From Lama guanicoe (lineage: Eukaryota), in NCBI GenBank assembly GCA_013239625.1, contig MU054187.1, positions 18,406,711-18,470,710 on the forward strand: DNA of 64,000 nt. Direction: 5' to 3'. A program made the translations under genes and the position numbers. Shown piece after piece: positions 62,931 to 64,000 of this stretch. The notes under the pieces were generated by a model. That model was not told the origin of the DNA. It worked only from the letters and a program-made list of their open reading frames with translations, and searched no databases. The stretch's first letter is position 1, and the number at the start of each line of letters is the position of its first letter.

Positions 62931-63182
62931 CCCCAACAAATCTCATTCATCAGGACTGGGGAGCTAGTTCCCTCCCAGGCTACGACACCCAGAGCTCAGA
63001 GCAAACCTGACTGGAACACTCAGTGTCTCCTGCAGACCACCTTTTCTCTTAGTGGAAGTTATTAGCTTGTAGCATCCTGGGAGAACATTTATACCTTCTC
63101 AGGCCTGAGACCCTTCTCATAAGACCAAGTAGACATTATGACACAAATGTAATTTCTATCCCAAGCTTTCTACGGCACTTAC

Positions 63183-63294
63183 CACCCGGCCTTTTAGGAA
63201 CCGTGATACTGAATATAGAAAAACTCATCGAACTTGGTCTTTTGAAAGGTGAGAAATTGGTATCAAGGCAGAAAGGTGGGGCTCTTCATTGTTT
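63183..63294 (-). pseudogene. Pseudo-exon 1 (112 bp, phase 2->0)
   Basis: Acceptor tttcctgttttcAG, donor GTG|GTAAGT; reads NNEEPHLSALIPISHLSKDQVR*VFLYSVSRFLKGRV. Confidence 0.55.
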
Positions 63295-63324
63295 CTGAAA
63301 ACAGGAAATCAGAGGACTAGACCA

Positions 63325-63630
63325 AAAAGAAATGAACTTATTTACAAAACAGGAACAGACTCACAGACATAGAAAACAAACTTATGGTTACTAGAGGGGA
63401 AAGGAAGTGGGAGGGATAAATTGGGAGTATGGGATTTGCAGATACAAGCAACTTACTACATAAAAATTAGATGAACAACAAGGTCCTATTGTATAGCACA
63501 GAGAACTATGTCCAGTACCTTGTAATGACCTATAATGAAAAAGAATATACATATGAATAAATGAATCACTCTGCTGTACACCAGAAATTAGCACAACATT
63601 GTAGATCAACTATACCTCAATTTAAAAAAA
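63325..63630 (+). mobile_element. L1 3' UTR
   Basis: AATGAACTTATTTACAAAACAGGAACAGACTCACAGACATAGAAAACAAACTTATGG. Confidence 0.9.
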
Positions 63631-64000
63631 GACCTTGTAAATGTGTCATCCTACAAGCATCAGTCATAGCACCCGCAGCTGAGTTCAGACGGGCCCCCAG
63701 TGGCAGCAGCATTATTACTGGGCAGCCACTGTGCGAGGTTATTATCTGGGGAGCATTGCAGTTTCCACAATCACAACCCAGTCTCTGGGCATTGGCACAA
63801 AGTAACTCTGCTTTAAATAAGTAATGAACAGAGCAGCACCAGTCCAGCCCAGACACAAAAACCCGATGAAAGGAGGCGAGCGCGCACTCTGCACTCTGCA
63901 CTCTGCCCCACGGTCCCCGGGTCTGGAGTTTTCTCAGGACACGAAGCCCACGGCTCCAACTCAAGTGACCCCTGGGCTGGAGCTCCTGTCAAGACAGCGT

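Larger units (their letters stand above)
25310..63294 (-). pseudogene. Multi-exon (unprocessed/unitary) pseudogene of a divergent RNase II/R (RNB)-domain protein with a C-terminal CCHC zinc knuckle; 5' end probably beyond the window
   Basis: About 13 AG/GT-bounded minus-strand segments in unique sequence, most phase-compatible. They translate in order into RNB-like motifs: WK (CSD2-like), SITPxxAxNxxxAL, DVAF, ARRYTT, ILP-x8-SLAP, FGK, LNVAASL..LRRR, IEQCL, LHR...P, LR..RESYS..H..MG...Y, CNLRK, then CFLCGQQG-fs-KASC. About 11 stops and several frameshifts; minus-strand AATAAA at 25327-25332. Confidence 0.72.

Noticed and set aside
63688..63710. CTCF site GGCCCCCAGTGGCAG
   Set aside because: One base short of the core spacing on either strand.
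396..63964. ORF-track ORFs as intact protein-coding genes
   Set aside because: Short, many with non-ATG starts, low-complexity, repeat-derived or spanning N gaps. The recognisable peptides are L1/ERVL fragments or overlap pseudo-exons.
1..64000. CRISPR arrays, operons, rRNA or other prokaryotic systems
   Set aside because: The sequence is mammalian; no repeat-spacer array or rRNA-like sequence was seen.

Overview
Mammalian genomic DNA, most likely a camelid: it carries five independent tRNA-Ala-derived vic-1-type SINEs and young artiodactyl-type L1 3' ends. It is a draft assembly with three N gaps and two near-identical duplicated blocks (about 2 kb and 3.4-3.6 kb) next to gaps. I find no intact protein-coding gene; the ORF-track entries are chance ORFs or repeat-derived. 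Much of the window is interspersed repeats (L1, HAL1, L2, MIR, MaLR LTRs, an ERVL pro-pol-dUTPase remnant, MER5/MER2 DNA transposons). There are two CpG islands (about 7.3-8.2 kb and 32.3-33.1 kb) and several enhancer-like motif clusters. The main result is a chain of about 13 minus-strand exon remnants from 63294 to about 25310, with mostly canonical splice sites and largely compatible phases. Their translation follows, in order and with matching spacing, the motifs of an RNase II/R (RNB; DIS3/DIS3L2/HELZ2-type) domain, and ends in a frameshifted CCHC zinc knuckle and a poly(A) signal. The chain is disabled by many stops and frameshifts. It looks like an intron-containing unitary pseudogene of a divergent RNB + zinc-knuckle gene matching none of the four known mammalian RNB genes. 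The homology was judged by eye against motifs recalled from memory and needs an HMM/tBLASTn test. Repeat subfamily names are also by recognition and old-repeat boundaries are approximate.
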